Positions 23,424 through 37,450 of a DNA stretch of 64,000 nt are shown piece after piece. The stretch covers positions 1,017,478 to 1,081,477 of the forward strand of contig MU008158.1 of NCBI GenBank assembly GCA_010909165.1. The letters are read 5' to 3'. The stretch's first letter is position 1; each line of letters begins with the position of its first letter. The notes under the pieces were generated by a model, which ran no database searches, was not told the DNA's origin, and saw nothing but the letters and a program-made list of their open reading frames with translations. The translations under genes were made by a program, and so were the position numbers. Source of the stretch: Anthoceros angustus. Its lineage: Eukaryota; Plantae; Anthocerotophyta.

Positions 23424-26400
23424 TGATAAAATAGCTTACTATTAGGGCACTCTTCACTAGGGCACCTAGGACTTAATAATTAATTTAATTCTTAGGGCAC
23501 TAAGTACTTTCTTTTAGTAGTTATTTAATTGGTTAGTTGTTACAACCACTTAACGGTTACAACAACCTTGCCTTCATAAAGGCATGTACTTTCTATTATG
23601 AATCAATGCAACACATATTGCTTGAGCTTGTGTATGATTCTCATCATGGTATCAGAGCACACTTGCTCTTTGTTTACTTGTGCATCCTCATGCATCTAAG
23701 TAGCTTATCTAGGAGACACTTTCTAATCTAGCATTTGCCTAGATGGATTGTGTTTATCCTAGATTTGCTATCTTTGCATGCATTCTTTTTATGCTAACAT
23801 TTCTCTTCTAAGAATGCTTTTATGCACTAATTCTTTGTCTTTCCTCCATGGATTTGTGTTCCCTTAGAAGGAGGAGGCATAGAGTTAAGAAGAGAGATAG
23901 TCCTGCAAGACAACAAGAACAAATTAGGAGCCCAACACATAGAAGCAATAGAAGACAACAAGCTATAGAGGAGAGATAGTAGAAACCTCCTCTTGTATAG
24001 CAAACTTCATTGCATCTATTTTAATTTCTAAACCGGATCAAGGGAAGTTTATCAAGCTAGCTAGACGTGATTTGCTAGAAGTTTTAGTCCAATTCACGTC
24101 AAGGCATTAGAATTAGCTCTCCAACATATCCCAAATTTGAATCGGTATTAGTACTCCTTTATCTTCTAGTCTGCAAGACAAAAATAGCATAGAAACTCTT
24201 AGATTTCAAGAAATTGATCATCAATTAGCAACTCTTAGAATCCAATCTTTTGATCTTAAGGAGAATTATCTGAATTAAGGACAAAATTGTCTATTCTCTC
24301 TAAGGTTGATAATGCGCAGAGATTCGAGAGCATGCTATCATCATCCGAATCAGATTATGATGCAAGAGAAGAGTTTCGCGCATGCAATAGAGAAGATCAG
24401 AGGTTGTACCGGCGAGGCCTAGTCCTCTAAATCACCTACAATGGCTGGAGTGATCAATGATGAAGAACAAACTGTTCCTAATTCCCCATTGGGTAATGAT
24501 AATGCTAACACTTCATTGCATTATCATTATGGTGACAGTTTCAAAGAGAAAGACAGATTCAATGGAAGGGATTATGACATCTGGTCATTGAGAATGCGAG
24601 GAGCTTTGCGGCAAAGAGACCTTTGGGGCATCGTCGATGGATCAATTCCAAGGCCACACGCCCGATTTGAACGTGAACTTCAACCTTCCTGGGACGCCAG
24701 GGACGAGAAGGCACAAGATTTATTGGTCAGTGGACTTTCTCAACATATGGTGAGACATGTCGCACACGCAAAGACCTCCAAGGATATGTGGACTCACCTT
24801 GCTCAATTATATTCATCTCGAGATGTAATGAGTATTGTTGCACTTTGTAACAACCTCTCAATGAAGGAGTCCGACACCATCGAACATCATGTTAATGCAT
24901 TTCGATTGGCACGATCCCATTTGGAATCTTCAATGGCGTACCTATCTCGAGATGGAGGCTTACGTCATTCTCTTATCTTCATTGCCACCTTCTTATAGGG
25001 CTTTCATTACAACTCAAAATGCGTGATTCGTAATGTCGAAAAGCTAGATGAAGATCCAAATGAAGAGCGACATCGTGTTTCCGAACTTATTGGAGCATTG
25101 CTACGGAGGAGGCAAGCGACGTCATCATCACTCCGAGCCAACAAGCAGTGATGTATTCACAAAGGGGTAGAGGAAGAGGACGAGGCAGGCCGAGGTTCTA
25201 CTTTCCAACGACCCCATATCCCCGCATACTTTCCATGATGGAGAGGCATCTTCTTCAACACCGCAAGAGGTAACAAGAAGATGGGATTATATGTAATTGG
25301 TGCGTAATCCAAATCACATGGAAAAGGATTGTCGAAGAAGAAGAATGGGAACCTCGCAAGGAGGCCCCACTGAGCTAACATTGCGTGAAGAAACAATCTT
25401 CCTCAACTCCAGGTTTCATCGTGTGCTTGGCTTCTTCCAAGCCCTCCAATACCTCATGGTACTTAGACAGTGGAGCTACTTCACATATTTGCTACAACAA
25501 AACTCTTTTGAGTCTTACTCACCACAGGACATCATCCTCCCGGAGATGATCACAACCTACCCATTGCGGGTGTCGGTTGATTGTATTCAAGTGTGATTCG
25601 GTCGTTCTTCATCTTCATCAAGTCCTCCATGTTCCTTCAATGTGCAAGAATCTAGTATCACCGCAAGTCTTTGTCAAGAACACACTGCGGTGATCCTTTA
25701 TGCGATAGTTGTCTTCTCTCTTTCATAAGTGATAGAAACTATACAATCTGCAGGCACTTTAGATGATGGTCTCTATAGATTGTCAAGACAAGTGGGAGCC
25801 ACCCATTCGCTAATGTTGCCATTCCAAACCCATGACACCTACCCAAACCATGCTTTGGCATTGTCGCCTTGGTCATCCTAATAGTCAAAATTAATCCAAA
25901 TGTCTAAGGGAGCTTTATATAGAACCCTTGCCTTGCAAAGGTTGAACACCTACCTTGGTGCGAATCTTGTGTCCTCACTAAACGACATCAAGAGCCTTTC
26001 AAAATAAATCTCCACAAAGGGCCAAGTCACCTTTAGAGATAGTGCACACAGACATTTGTGGACCCTTGTCTACACCCTCCTTTAGTGGTAGTAGATATTT
26101 TTGACCTTCACAGATGATTTCTCTCGTTTGTCTTTTCCTACATCCGAAAAACAAGAGTGATGCCTTTCACTTCTTCAAGGACTACATGAAATGGGCTGAG
26201 AGACTTACAAATAACAAACTCAAGACCTTACGTTCCGACAATGGTAGAGAGTTTACATCTGAATTTGAGGATTTTGTCGGTGAAGGTATAGCTCAACAAC
26301 TTACGATTGTCTACACTCCTCAACAAAATGGCGAGCCGAGAACAAGAATCTATGCCTTCAAGAGATCACAGGTTGCTTATTAGTACAAGCTAAGTTATCT

Positions 26401-27895
26401 AAGGCTTATTGGGCGAGGCCCTCCTAGAACCTATCTCATGAATCGATTGCCTACATCAGCTTCAAGGTATGACTCCATATGAAGCATTCATTGGCAAGAA
26501 GCCTTCTATTGACCACCTTGAATTTTTGGATCCCATATGTTTTTATTCCCAAAGCATTGCGTAAGTTGGATCCCAAAGCTAAGTACACTTTCATTGGCTA
26601 CACAAGGTATCAAAGGGTACAAATTGTTCAACCCTTCTACAAGGCAACTTTTATACGCCCGAGTGTTACTTTTCATGAGTCTTACCTCTTTTCCCCCGTG
26701 GGAGCGATAGGTCCTCCTCTTGATGAGACCATTGACCCTTCTTATTTTGATAATACTGATTATTTCACTCCATTTCCCATTCCTGCTTCTCGTGTTCCTT
26801 TAGTTGAACCTATTATGCAGGAGGACATCTCCCTCTTCACTTAAACCTAAGGTGAGTAAGTATACTTTATTTTCCTGGTCACCTTTTGGTAGTAGTCCTA
26901 CTTATAATAGCCCATGTTTTTGTCTTTAATGCACTTAGGGAAACAAAATGTGTTTACAGCCGCATCAACTGCAGAACATTAGTGCTAGGTTATTATCGAT
27001 CCTAAAATCCACATAGAAATTAGAATATTTAAATATTGAATAGACTTTAATTAATATATTCCACCTTTTCCTGCCTGCCCTTCTTCTTTTTGAAAGGCTG
27101 CAGGAGAGACGAGGGTAGGGGTTCCCTCTTTTCTTTTATTAGGCGCCAGCCATCGCCCTCGCCGCAAGGACGCCCGACGACGGGCGCCAGGAGGGCCCTG
27201 CAGCCATGCGGCGGAGGACCGTGGCGCGATGGCTCCTCCACGTGCGTGCCTCCTCTCGTGGGCGGGATAATGCGCGCCCTGCTACGGGTTGCCATAGCCG
27301 TCGCCATCGCCATCAGACCTACAAGCCAAAACAATGGAACTGTTAGAATCGCGAATCGCGAAAAGGAGGAAGGAGGCGTATTACCTATTATCCTTTATAT
27401 TTTCCTTTTTGAAAATTAGGCTATAATATTTTCTGGAATTTCCCTATTTATAAATTCCCTTAAATATTTTAATTATTTTTAATCCAACCTAATTACTTAA
27501 AGTTGGGTTATTAGTTTCTCACCTGAGTTCTCCTTAAGTGGGAGTTATTTTAATGGTGATTATTACTTTCAGTTTTTACTTAATGCTTTTATGTAAAGTT
27601 TAGTTAGGGACTAGTTTTTGCTAGACTAGTATTCCTTGACCTGGTCAGAAAATCACCCCTAGTTCATAGTGAGTGGAAGTGATAAAATAGGTTACTATTA
27701 AGGCACTCTTCACTAGGGCACCTAGGACTTAATAATTAATTTAGTCCTTAGGGCACTAAGTATTAGTAATTATTTTATTGGTTAGTTGTTACAACCACTT
27801 AACGGTTACAACAACCTTGCCTACATAAAGGCATGTACTTTCTATTATGAATCAATGCAACACATGTTGCTTGAGCTTGTGTATGATTCTCATCA
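23424..27895 (+). mobile_element. Ty1/Copia element B with both LTRs (23424-23646; 27680-27895), TSD TTATT, lacking RT/RNase H
   Basis: LTRs run TGATAAAATAG...TCATCA; PBS TGGTATCAGAGC at 23647; purine tract GAGTGGAAG before the 3' LTR; TTATT at 23419-23423 and 27896-27900. Confidence 0.95.
24441..26844 (+). pseudogene. gag-protease-integrase of Copia B (frameshifted)
   Basis: FKEKDRFNGRDYDIWSLRM (gag), WYLDSGAT (PR), LWHCRLGH, VHTDICGP, LRSDNGREF, PQQNG, KLDPKA. No YVDD or RNase H motifs before the 3' LTR. Confidence 0.9.
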
Positions 27896-27900
27896 TTATT

Positions 27901-30355
27901 AATTATATGAATGTCACTTCTGAATTCAAAGAAAAAGACCGTTTTGATGGCACAAACTTTGAGATATGGGCCAAGCGTATGCGTTCCATACTCAACACTC
28001 GTGATTTACTTGGCATAGTGGATGGCACTGTACAACGGCCCGTTGGTCCTTCTTCTACTCTCGACTCTTGGATCAAACAAGACAGGCTGGCACTTCACAT
28101 TCTTATTTCGGGCCTTGATGAAGTCTCACTACATCACACTGATGGAGCCACGACTGCTGCTGAAGCTTAGCGGAAGGTTGTTGACATATTCCAATCCACT
28201 AACGTTATGATATTAGTAACAGTGCGTAACGGATTTTATTCCTTACGCATGAATAATAATGAGAGCATGGGTACTTATGTTGAGAAGTTTCGTTATCTTC
28301 GGGCATAGCTTGCTACCTTAGGCACTCCCTTATTGGAATTTGAAGCTTATATCCAACTGGTGGCCTCCCTTCCCGCCAGCTTTCAAGCCTTTGTGTCTTC
28401 TCAGCATGGCATTGTTCGAGAGGCTCATCGGGCGGTAAAGGCTAGCCGCACACCCAACATTTTTTATCTCCGAAATTGCTAGCGCTCTCCTTCAAGAGGA
28501 GGCTTCCAGATTTAACGCCGACACTTCGAAGCATGGTGGTGAAAGAGTTATGTTCATTAGCAAGGTCAGCGTCACTTGACTCGGCGTCATCCTCCTCCAC
28601 CTGATAGACAGCCCTTCATTCTCCAAGCACGTGGTTCGGCCGCAAGCCAGTGTTGCAATTGATGCAGTTCGAGGCCATTGAACTGGCGCCCATGGAGACC
28701 TCGTCCATCCAAGACTGCCAATATGGCCTCGATCTCCAAGCAGAAGAAGTCCGACATTGCCCTCACAGTCTGCTTGGTTGCTTTCAAATACAAGACCTCT
28801 TGGCTATTGGAGTCAACTGCCTCCGCACATATATGCTGCCATCACCATATGTTTTCTGATTATCTTCATGCCGAAGATCAACGTTTTCTACTTCTCGGCG
28901 ACGACTTCGGCCTTACCATTGCGGGCACTGGCACTGTTATGTTTTCTCTTGAAGATGGTTCCGTCTTTCTTTTAAGTGATGTGCTGCATGTTCCGCAAAC
29001 GGCGAAGAATCTTATCTCCGTCCGCCACTTGGTGAAGGACGGTACTTTCAGGCTCGAGTTCGGCAAAGGCGATTGCCTCCTTACAAGGTCTGTTGCTCCT
29101 GGTCGCGTGGTTCCTAAAGGTCGTCCGCGGCATGACCTCTATGTCTTCTTCGCCGCACCGGTGATCACGGCTTCCTCGACCCCAGCTCCGGCAATGGCAT
29201 CTGCGGTTGACAGAGGGAGTTCCCGCAAAGGTGACTCCTTATTATGGCATTCTCGGCTTGGACATATTAATCATGATAAGCTTTTAGAGATGTCTAGGAA
29301 GGATTTATTTAGGGATATGCTACCACACTTTTCACAGACTCCACCGTTATGTGAACCTTGTATATATGCTAAACAATGTAGCTTCCCCTATCCTACTCTA
29401 CCTGCCCGTCGGGCTACTCAGCCCTTGGAGTTGGTCCGTGTTGATCTTTGTGGTCGACTCCCAATCCCTTCACTTGGCGGCACACTGCACTTTATGACTA
29501 TTGTTGATGACTATAGTCGCTATACCTTTGCTATTCCACTCAAGTTAAAGAGTGATTCCTTCGGCTCTTTTACTCCTTTTGTCACTATGGCTGAGCTGCA
29601 AACCGGTTGCAAGCTTCGGTGCATTAGATCTGACAATGTAGGGGAATTAAATAACCGGCAATTCAAGGACTTCTGTGTTGAGAGGGGGATTATCCGTCAG
29701 TTTATGGTTCCCTATACTTCTCAGCAGAATGGGGTTGCTAAAAAGGCCAACGACGATCTGCTCGCCATGGCCCGCACTATGCTAGCCCGTGCTTTGCACC
29801 CCAAACCCTTCTGGGCCGAAGCGGTTATTACTGCGGTGTATCTGCGCAACAGGGTTCTTTCCAAGTCAGTTCTTGGGTGGACACCCTTTGAGTCCTAGCA
29901 TGGATATAAGCCTCTTATTACTCGTCTTCGGATTTTTGGCTGCCTCGCCTATGCTAATATTCCCTCTGAGGTTCGCAATAAGCTCTCTGCTCGAGCTCGC
30001 AAGCTGATATTTGTTGGCTATGGCGAGGACCGTAAGGCTTATAAACTGGTTGACTTGGATACCCATGCTATTGTATATGCTCGCACTGTCACTTTTGATG
30101 AGGCTCGGTTAGCATCTGCTCGTTGTGTATCCATGGATTACCTTGCTCCTTCGACGACAACGCTTCTTGACCGGGTGACCTTATGCAGGTTTTGACTCAC
30201 CCTCTATTTTCCCGACTGGTCACCGCAACCGCTTCATCCCTGGCCTCTTCACCTCAAGCAGCATCTATCCCTGTTCTGCCGAGAGGCGAGATGCCTGAGC
30301 CATTGTTGATCCTTATGAAAATAGAGAAGACTTTGGTGCTCTTAATCCTCAAGAC
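27901..30355 (+). pseudogene. gag-protease-integrase of Copia A (in-frame stops)
   Basis: EFKEKDRFDGTNFEIWAKRM; 406-aa ORF 28678-29898 with GAG-pre-integrase and rve motifs. Confidence 0.92.
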
Positions 30356-33300
30356 CACTGCTGAGGGAGTGGAGACAGGACGAGCACCATCAAGACCGAA
30401 ACGCTTCAGAATCTCCTTAAGGAACTTGGTTTGATGCAGTATAATCGTGCCAGCAGGTCTGTCTCGAACGATTTGAATTCCAAGGCAAAACTGTAATTCT
30501 CCTTGGTCTGTCATTTCAAATTCTGCTCGAAGCATGTCCTTGGCTTTATTTAACATAACAGTGTTGTTACTCAACAGAATGGCATCATCGACATAGAGGG
30601 CAAGAATCACGAAGAAGTCCCCTTCGGCAAAATAGAATACATTGGAGTCTGCTCCACACTGCACAAAGCCCATTTTCTTGAGGTACTTCATGATGCGCTT
30701 ATACCAAGCCCTCGGGCTCTGCTTTAAGCCATACAAGGTTTTCAGGAGCTTACATACGCGCTGAGGCCACTTAGAACTAACAAAACCCTCTGGCTGCACC
30801 ATGTACAGAACCTCCTCTAGCTCACCATGGAGAAATGTTGTACAAACATCGATCTGGTGAACCTCGAGATCATACTCCGCAGCCATGGCAAGCAGAATCC
30901 GGATAGATGGTGGCTTTACAAAGGAGAGAAAGTCTCCCCATAATCCACACCTGGGATTTGGCTAAAACCTCTTGCAATCAGTCGAGATTTATAGCGAGCA
31001 ATAGTGTTTAATTTAGTTTTAAATACCCACTTGCAGGTGATGGGCTTACGACCTGGAGGTAGGTCCACCAGCTCCCACGTGTTGTTCTTAATTAAACTGT
31101 TGTACCATCGTCGATGCTAACCCGCCAATGGGCACCATCAGGGCCATTAAGAGCTTCATCATACGGTAGGGTCAGGCCTCACATCTGGAACAGATAAGTC
31201 TGCCACATATGCTGATTTACGAAAATCAATAGACTCATATGGTACTTCTGTCCAGTCTGACCTTAGCCTCCGTTCTCTAACAGGATATCGTGGAGAGGGA
31301 GGATCGGCAGGAATTTCCGCTCCCACTGGATCTGCTGGGTCGAATCTGTCATCTTCGGAATAATGAGAACCATCATCAGACCTGTCATTTTTTGAGTCAT
31401 CATCAACCATGGGGTCTAGGTCAGATTCAACATGATGGTCGACAGATTGCAGATTGAAATCGGCATCTCCATTGTCCAAAACGTCTGTGGCTGCTGCCTG
31501 TCATCTTCAGAATAATGAGAACCACCATCAGACCTGTCATTTTTTGAGTCATCATCAACCATGGGGTCTAGGTCAGATTCAACATGATGGTCGACAGATT
31601 GCAGATCGAAATCGGCATATCCATTGTCCAAAACGTCTGTGGCTGCTGCCTCACCATCCGAGTCGGGATACACATCTGGTGGAGGTGGTTGAACAACAGG
31701 CAAGCCAGGGCTAAGTGAAACAGGTGCTGGAGGAGCCACAAAATCATCGAGCATTACCTCACTGTCTGAATCATCTTGCTCACCGGAGGTAGAACCTCCC
31801 TCAAGTAGTTCATGTGATGGTTCTGATCTAGGAGAGGTAAGCTCATTAAACGTGACACTTCTTGCTAGTGCCACCTTGTGGGTTTGGGGATCAATCAACT
31901 TGTATGCCTTACTTTCCTCAGAATAGCCTAGAAACAGGTAAGGAACTGCCCTGTCATCTAACTTTTTCCTTTTCTCTGCAGGAACATTAACAAAGGTAGG
32001 TGATCCAAACACCCTGAAGTGATTTATACTGGGCTTACGACCCCAAAACACTTCATACGGAGTCTTCCCTCGAACAGCAGATGTAAGAAGTCTATTCAGA
32101 ACATACGTTGCAGTAGTAATGGCTTCTGCCGAGTACTTTTTAGGTAACACTGCATAAGAAAGCATACTTCGTGTCATGTGTCTGGTTCTTACGCTCAGCA
32201 ACACCGTTTTGCTGTTGTGTGTAGGGCACAGACAGTTGGCGAATGATGCCACACTTGTTGAAGAGTTCATCATATTTGGGGCCAACGAACTCGCCTCCAT
32301 TATCTGTCCTTAGACATTTTACTAGACAGCCAGTTTGGCGTTGAACCATGACAATCCAGGATGCAATCTGATCAAAAGCATCACTTTTATGCCTCAAAGG
32401 GTAAGTCCAAGTATATCGTGAATAATCGTCAGTGATTGTTAGATAGTACTCAGCACCTCCTAGAGACTTAATCTGCAATTTTCCGGCTATGTCAGTATGT
32501 ACTAACTCTAGCAAAGACGTTGCCCTTGTGGCACTCTTATTTTGAAAGCGGTTCTTTACTGTTTGGACGATGCACGAGGGCAAGCGAGAAGAGACTTAAA
32601 ACACGAGCGCATCTTCTCCCTGTAACAATTAGATGCTGACATAAGGTCAAGTTTGCTTTTATTTACATGCCCTAGTCTAGCATGCCACAACCTAGCCTGA
32701 TTCAAAGAAGAGACTGCATATGCTCGTTCTAACCTCTTGGATGTAGTGATCAGTTGGTACAAGTCACCCACAACTGCAGCTTTTGCTAAATGATGGTCAG
32801 AATCATCTAAGCTGTAAATGTAACAGTGGTTAGCTTCAAAACGGAAACCATACAACTGACTACTTGTAATTGCTCGAATGTAGATCAGGTTCTTTGATAT
32901 GGAGGGCACATAGAGGACATCTTCCAGCTGGACTGACTCTCCATTCATTAGAGGTATAACAACACGTCCAATGCAACTAGCGCAACTCCTCGAGCATCTC
33001 CCACATACTTGTTGTGTGGTTGTGTTCAGAAAGGTCGTGAGCGACGGTTATTGCAAACATGTGCGGTGGCACCTGAGTCAATAAACCACAGAGATGAATT
33101 CAAAGCTCACGTGTAGCAGTGAAGCACACAGTCTAAGTTGTTGCAGTACTTCTGTGTGAAGGTTGCTTGGAGTCCTTCACAACAACATGAGCTTGAGATG
33201 ATTTCACATCCTTCTTCGGATCACCAGCTTGCTTCTTGTGACAGTCCCGCTCCTAATGACCAGGAATGCCACACCAGTTGCATGTGCCTGTTCGTTTGGT

Positions 33301-35399
33301 AGTCGAGGGCGAAATGGAGGTTGGTTTCTTTCCTCCTTTTTCTGTTACCCTCCCAAACGCTTTGCCCTTGGCTGCAAACAACATTTTTTCACCTCAATTT
33401 CTGGAGCCGGGTCCAGACCTGTGATGGCTTTGCTCCTCTTGCAGGAGTGCACCAATCACGTTGTTGAGGCTGATAGTCGCTAGTTGACCATTAGCATCCG
33501 TAGTCTGGATAAGAATTATGGCATTCATTTGTCGAGCAGCATTCGTAGTCTGGATAAGAATTATGGCATTCATTTGTCGAGCAGCATTCGTAGTCTGGAT
33601 AAGAATTATGGCTTATCTTGGCATTCATTTACGAATGATCTTGCTCTCGATCTTACATTCTTTGTTGGTGGGAGGCAAAGCGCAAGTAACTGTCTCGACG
33701 TCCACCTCGATCATTGTCTTTGCGGCGTGAATTGTGCCTCAATTACGAACTTTGTTATGTATGTGCCCAAGCCCCCTTCCTTCAATCACAAGCGATAGAA
33801 TTGATTGCGAACAGAAACCAGCGTCAAGATATTCTGAACCTGGTAAGTGTTTTTGAGTTGCTCCCGCACAGCAGCAGCTGTAGGCAAGCTTTCAACTTTT
33901 GTGACTGTGGTTTCACCAAGGCCTGAAAGTATGATGGCAAAGGCCACCTTGTTCCCTTTGACAAACTTGTCTTTGACATCTTGTGGTTCAGTCGATGCAG
34001 GAACTGGAATCAAGCCATTGGGGTACTCCCACACATCACGAGCATCTAGAAATGCCTTCATCCTAGCTCTCCAACTCTCATACTTGGTAGTATAGTCAAA
34101 GCAGTCTTTTTCCTTGAATTCCCTCCGAAGGTTGCGATTACATCTTGTAGTCATTTGAGCGACTGTTGGGAGGGGCCAGATGCGGGGAGGAGGGCAGGAA
34201 ATTGAGCGATTCTGATTGCGGGGAAAAGGCGTCTCATGTCGAGTCGATTATGGTCACTACGATCTTCAAAGTGATGGGCGGACATGCAAGCTATGTAGCG
34301 AACATGCAGAAACACATGAAGGCATCAGCTTGCGTGCAGGCTGTAAAAAGAATGCCTATGACATAGGCTAACAAGAGCACGTCAGAATCGAAACGCCACC
34401 ACGAAACGACATAAAGCTACGAAACGGTAAGTCGGTTAGCCCTAGAAACACCAAACGTGCCCTAACTTGAATTTTATAGATATGACAGGTTGCGTCTACA
34501 TGACAGGTGTACATAATCAAAAAAAAGGCAAAGTGTCTATGTGTCATGACCACCAACCGTCGGTGTCTTGGCGCTGTTGATGTCAAGCGATTGCACAGGT
34601 GGCGAGCTCTGCCCACCTCCGACTGCAGCACGCCACAAACCAATCTGATCAAGCCGCCTCTGAAGAGTTGCGCTCACGAGTTGGAGGCGTCACACTACTG
34701 CAATGCACGTTCGGAAATGACGCCACCGGAATGACGTCGGTGTTAGGCGTCTCTCGGCGTCGTATTTGAGCTCGGGACAAGCGGAATTTTGGCGGAGGGC
34801 CGGTGCTGCGCGACATCCACTTTGCATCGCGTTCCTGGCGTTGCCACTTACGCAAGTTTGTGGGAATCGCCTCTCCATATTCGGTTCGGAGTCATGGGAG
34901 CCGGTAGGTGTCCCGATTGACAATAGTTTTCCGGCGCATGGGTGAGGTGGTGGGCCTTAATTGGTGTTTTAGGGTGGCGGTCGATTCGAATTGGTGGGCT
35001 GCGGTCTTGATGTCACACCCAATGGGCAAGCATGCACATTGCGATTTGAACCATGGCTGGTTTGTCGCGATCGGTTACTGCACCATTGACAATAGTTGCC
35101 GCTTTGGCCCGTTTCACCCCATGCGCTATTTTACGTATACATTTGCTCAAACTTCAAGGATAACAAGTTCATACCTCGGACAAAGTTAATACGACCATTC
35201 GAGCACGGTCCAATTAGAGGGGAGGCCTACTATGTCTCTTGATCGGAGAAGGTCCTACCTAAACCCATGCAATTTTGTGCCGATTTGGAAACCAGCACCC
35301 TATCTATGTCAAAATGCCACTTGCACATAAACCAAAAAAACAACGGCAAACTTTTACGCCCCATTACTATGCCACCCTCAACAATTCAATCCCTACCAT

Positions 35400-37450
35400 G
35401 CGAGGCATGGTAATCGACGGTAGTTCATGGTACTTTGACATGATGGTAGGCACCGCCTTGTGAGTTCTATGGCGAGTTGTTCGGATCATAGAGGTCGTAA
35501 ATGCGGCGAAGGTGACTTCACGACCATTGTGCTAAGCGTGCAGCGTGCAGTGTTCATTAACCAAAGTTCCACCAAGTATGGTCGAGGATTATTGTGGATT
35601 TTTAGTGCTGGACACTCGACATGCTTGCGGTATGGGCGTGATTTGAAGAGGATCAGACCGTTCCTTCAAAGACATGTCACGCGGCATTTGTGCACAGGGA
35701 TGTAATGCCGTAAGTCGGCTTGGTTATATGTACGTCTGCGAACGCAGTGGGATCACCGCCACGTATCCATCGATTAGTTACTCTCGCATATAGGCGCGCC
35801 CGGTACACTCGGTCATCTGATCAAACCGGGCTCGGTGTGGGCGAGTCAAGTCATTTCGAGTCATTTTGACTGTGGACCATCCTTGTTTTAATCTCGGTCA
35901 CGGGGTGCGCCCACACTCGAGCTTTGTTTGTTTTGGGCCCACTACAAGTGTCTCTTCTATAATGATGCTCGAGCGATGGAGCATCAACAAATTCGGCCGA
36001 TCTGAGCGGTGGCGTACTTATTGAGTTACGTGGAGGCGCTCGACGGCGACGATTGTGCATTGTACCAAGTGGAAGTAGGCGTGCGGGGCAAGACGCGCGT
36101 GAGGCGTAAGGAGAGGAATCACAAAAAACTTTGGCACAGAGTGCGTAGACGTAAGAGGCGGACAACGCGTTGCCACCGAGCACATACCTTGACTTCATTC
36201 GCCTATACTCCATTTCATACTCACACCGTTGCTGCGGAGGATGTCGCTCTTGTGAGTTGGGGTAGACCAGTCGGTAGTGTCGAGCACAAGTTGAGGCTTC
36301 TTTGGAGTGGTCCGACGATGGAGAGGAAGGCCGGTCTCCACCCGGAAGGGATGGCCAACACATGCGTGCGGATGCAGACGAGGACTTAGAAGCTTTGGCT
36401 TGGAAGCGATTCTTGGTGGAGGAGTATCCGAACCAATGCCTTATGCGCTCATGAAGCTCTGCGAATGCTTTCCTTAGTGATGTCCACGGCTGTTTTGGAG
36501 GTGCATGGGAAGGCCAAGTTGTTGCTTGAGCGGCGATTGTGCTCGAGCCTTGTTCCAAGGCGATTGGTGACACACCAAATGAGTCTTTGATTATCGGAGG
36601 AGTGAACACTAGGGACAAGTCACTTTCCACCGGCGGATTTGAGTTGGTCTCAACTCGCTTGACCTTGTTGAAGCCCTACACAGAACATTCCATGGCTCTA
36701 CGAGGTGAGCTTGTGGATGCTGTGCAGAGGTCTTTTCCAGACATCACCAACCGAGATTTCATACACCACAAATTGTCCAAGTCAACAAGACAGAGGAATT
36801 TCCGTGTGTTATCACGAGTCAAGGTTGCTGCGGCCCAAATGAGGAGACAAGGTGTGCCGGATGAGGATTTGCGCTTGGGCTCAGTAACAGAGGAGGATTG
36901 GAAGCTCGCTGTGCAATTTGGAGTGCGGGAACTTGAGAGAGGTGATGGTGTGTGGCCGCGACCGCAGCAGGCGAAAGCTACAGAGGCACGTTTAAGGAAG
37001 CACAATGGTGCAGGCTCGAACCCATATGGTCGGGGGTGCACGAGTTCGAAAAGCATTTACGCCGGGGAGAGATGCCGACCGAGGATGAAACCGAATGGTG
37101 CAAGACACCCGACCTTGAAGGCATAGCCCGATTCAGGGCAGCACGTGATCGACAAGGAGCATTTGTCGGTACTAGTAGACATGCTACAATGTGACCCATC
37201 GTTTGGTGCTCATTTGTAGTAGATTCATCTGTTGGGGGTGACTGATACTTGTCGTGTTATTTTCGCAAGGTCGGGGGGGCAACGAGGTAAGACAAACAGC
37301 GTCCACCGGCAGCACACCTAAACGGAGTGGGCGGGAAGAGGAGGACCAGCCATCCGTGGTGTCCCTAGCGCAACTACCGGCCGCGTGCGGGATCTTGCAA
37401 CCCGGTCTGCGAGCAAGCAAGAGGTTAGGGTACAAACTAAATCGATGAGT
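35400..37450 (+). pseudogene. Antisense, intron-containing gene in the leader of Copia C; CACTA TnpA/ORF2-like (second copy ~45660-47650)
   Basis: ORF 36539-37126 (ELVDAVQRSFPDITNRDFIHHKLSKSTRQR..GSVTEEDWKLAVQF); a phase-1 GT-AG intron at 37169-37269 joins ORFs 36952-37194 and 37254-37448 in frame; motifs are collinear with 62500-63600. Start and end are approximate. Confidence 0.6.
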
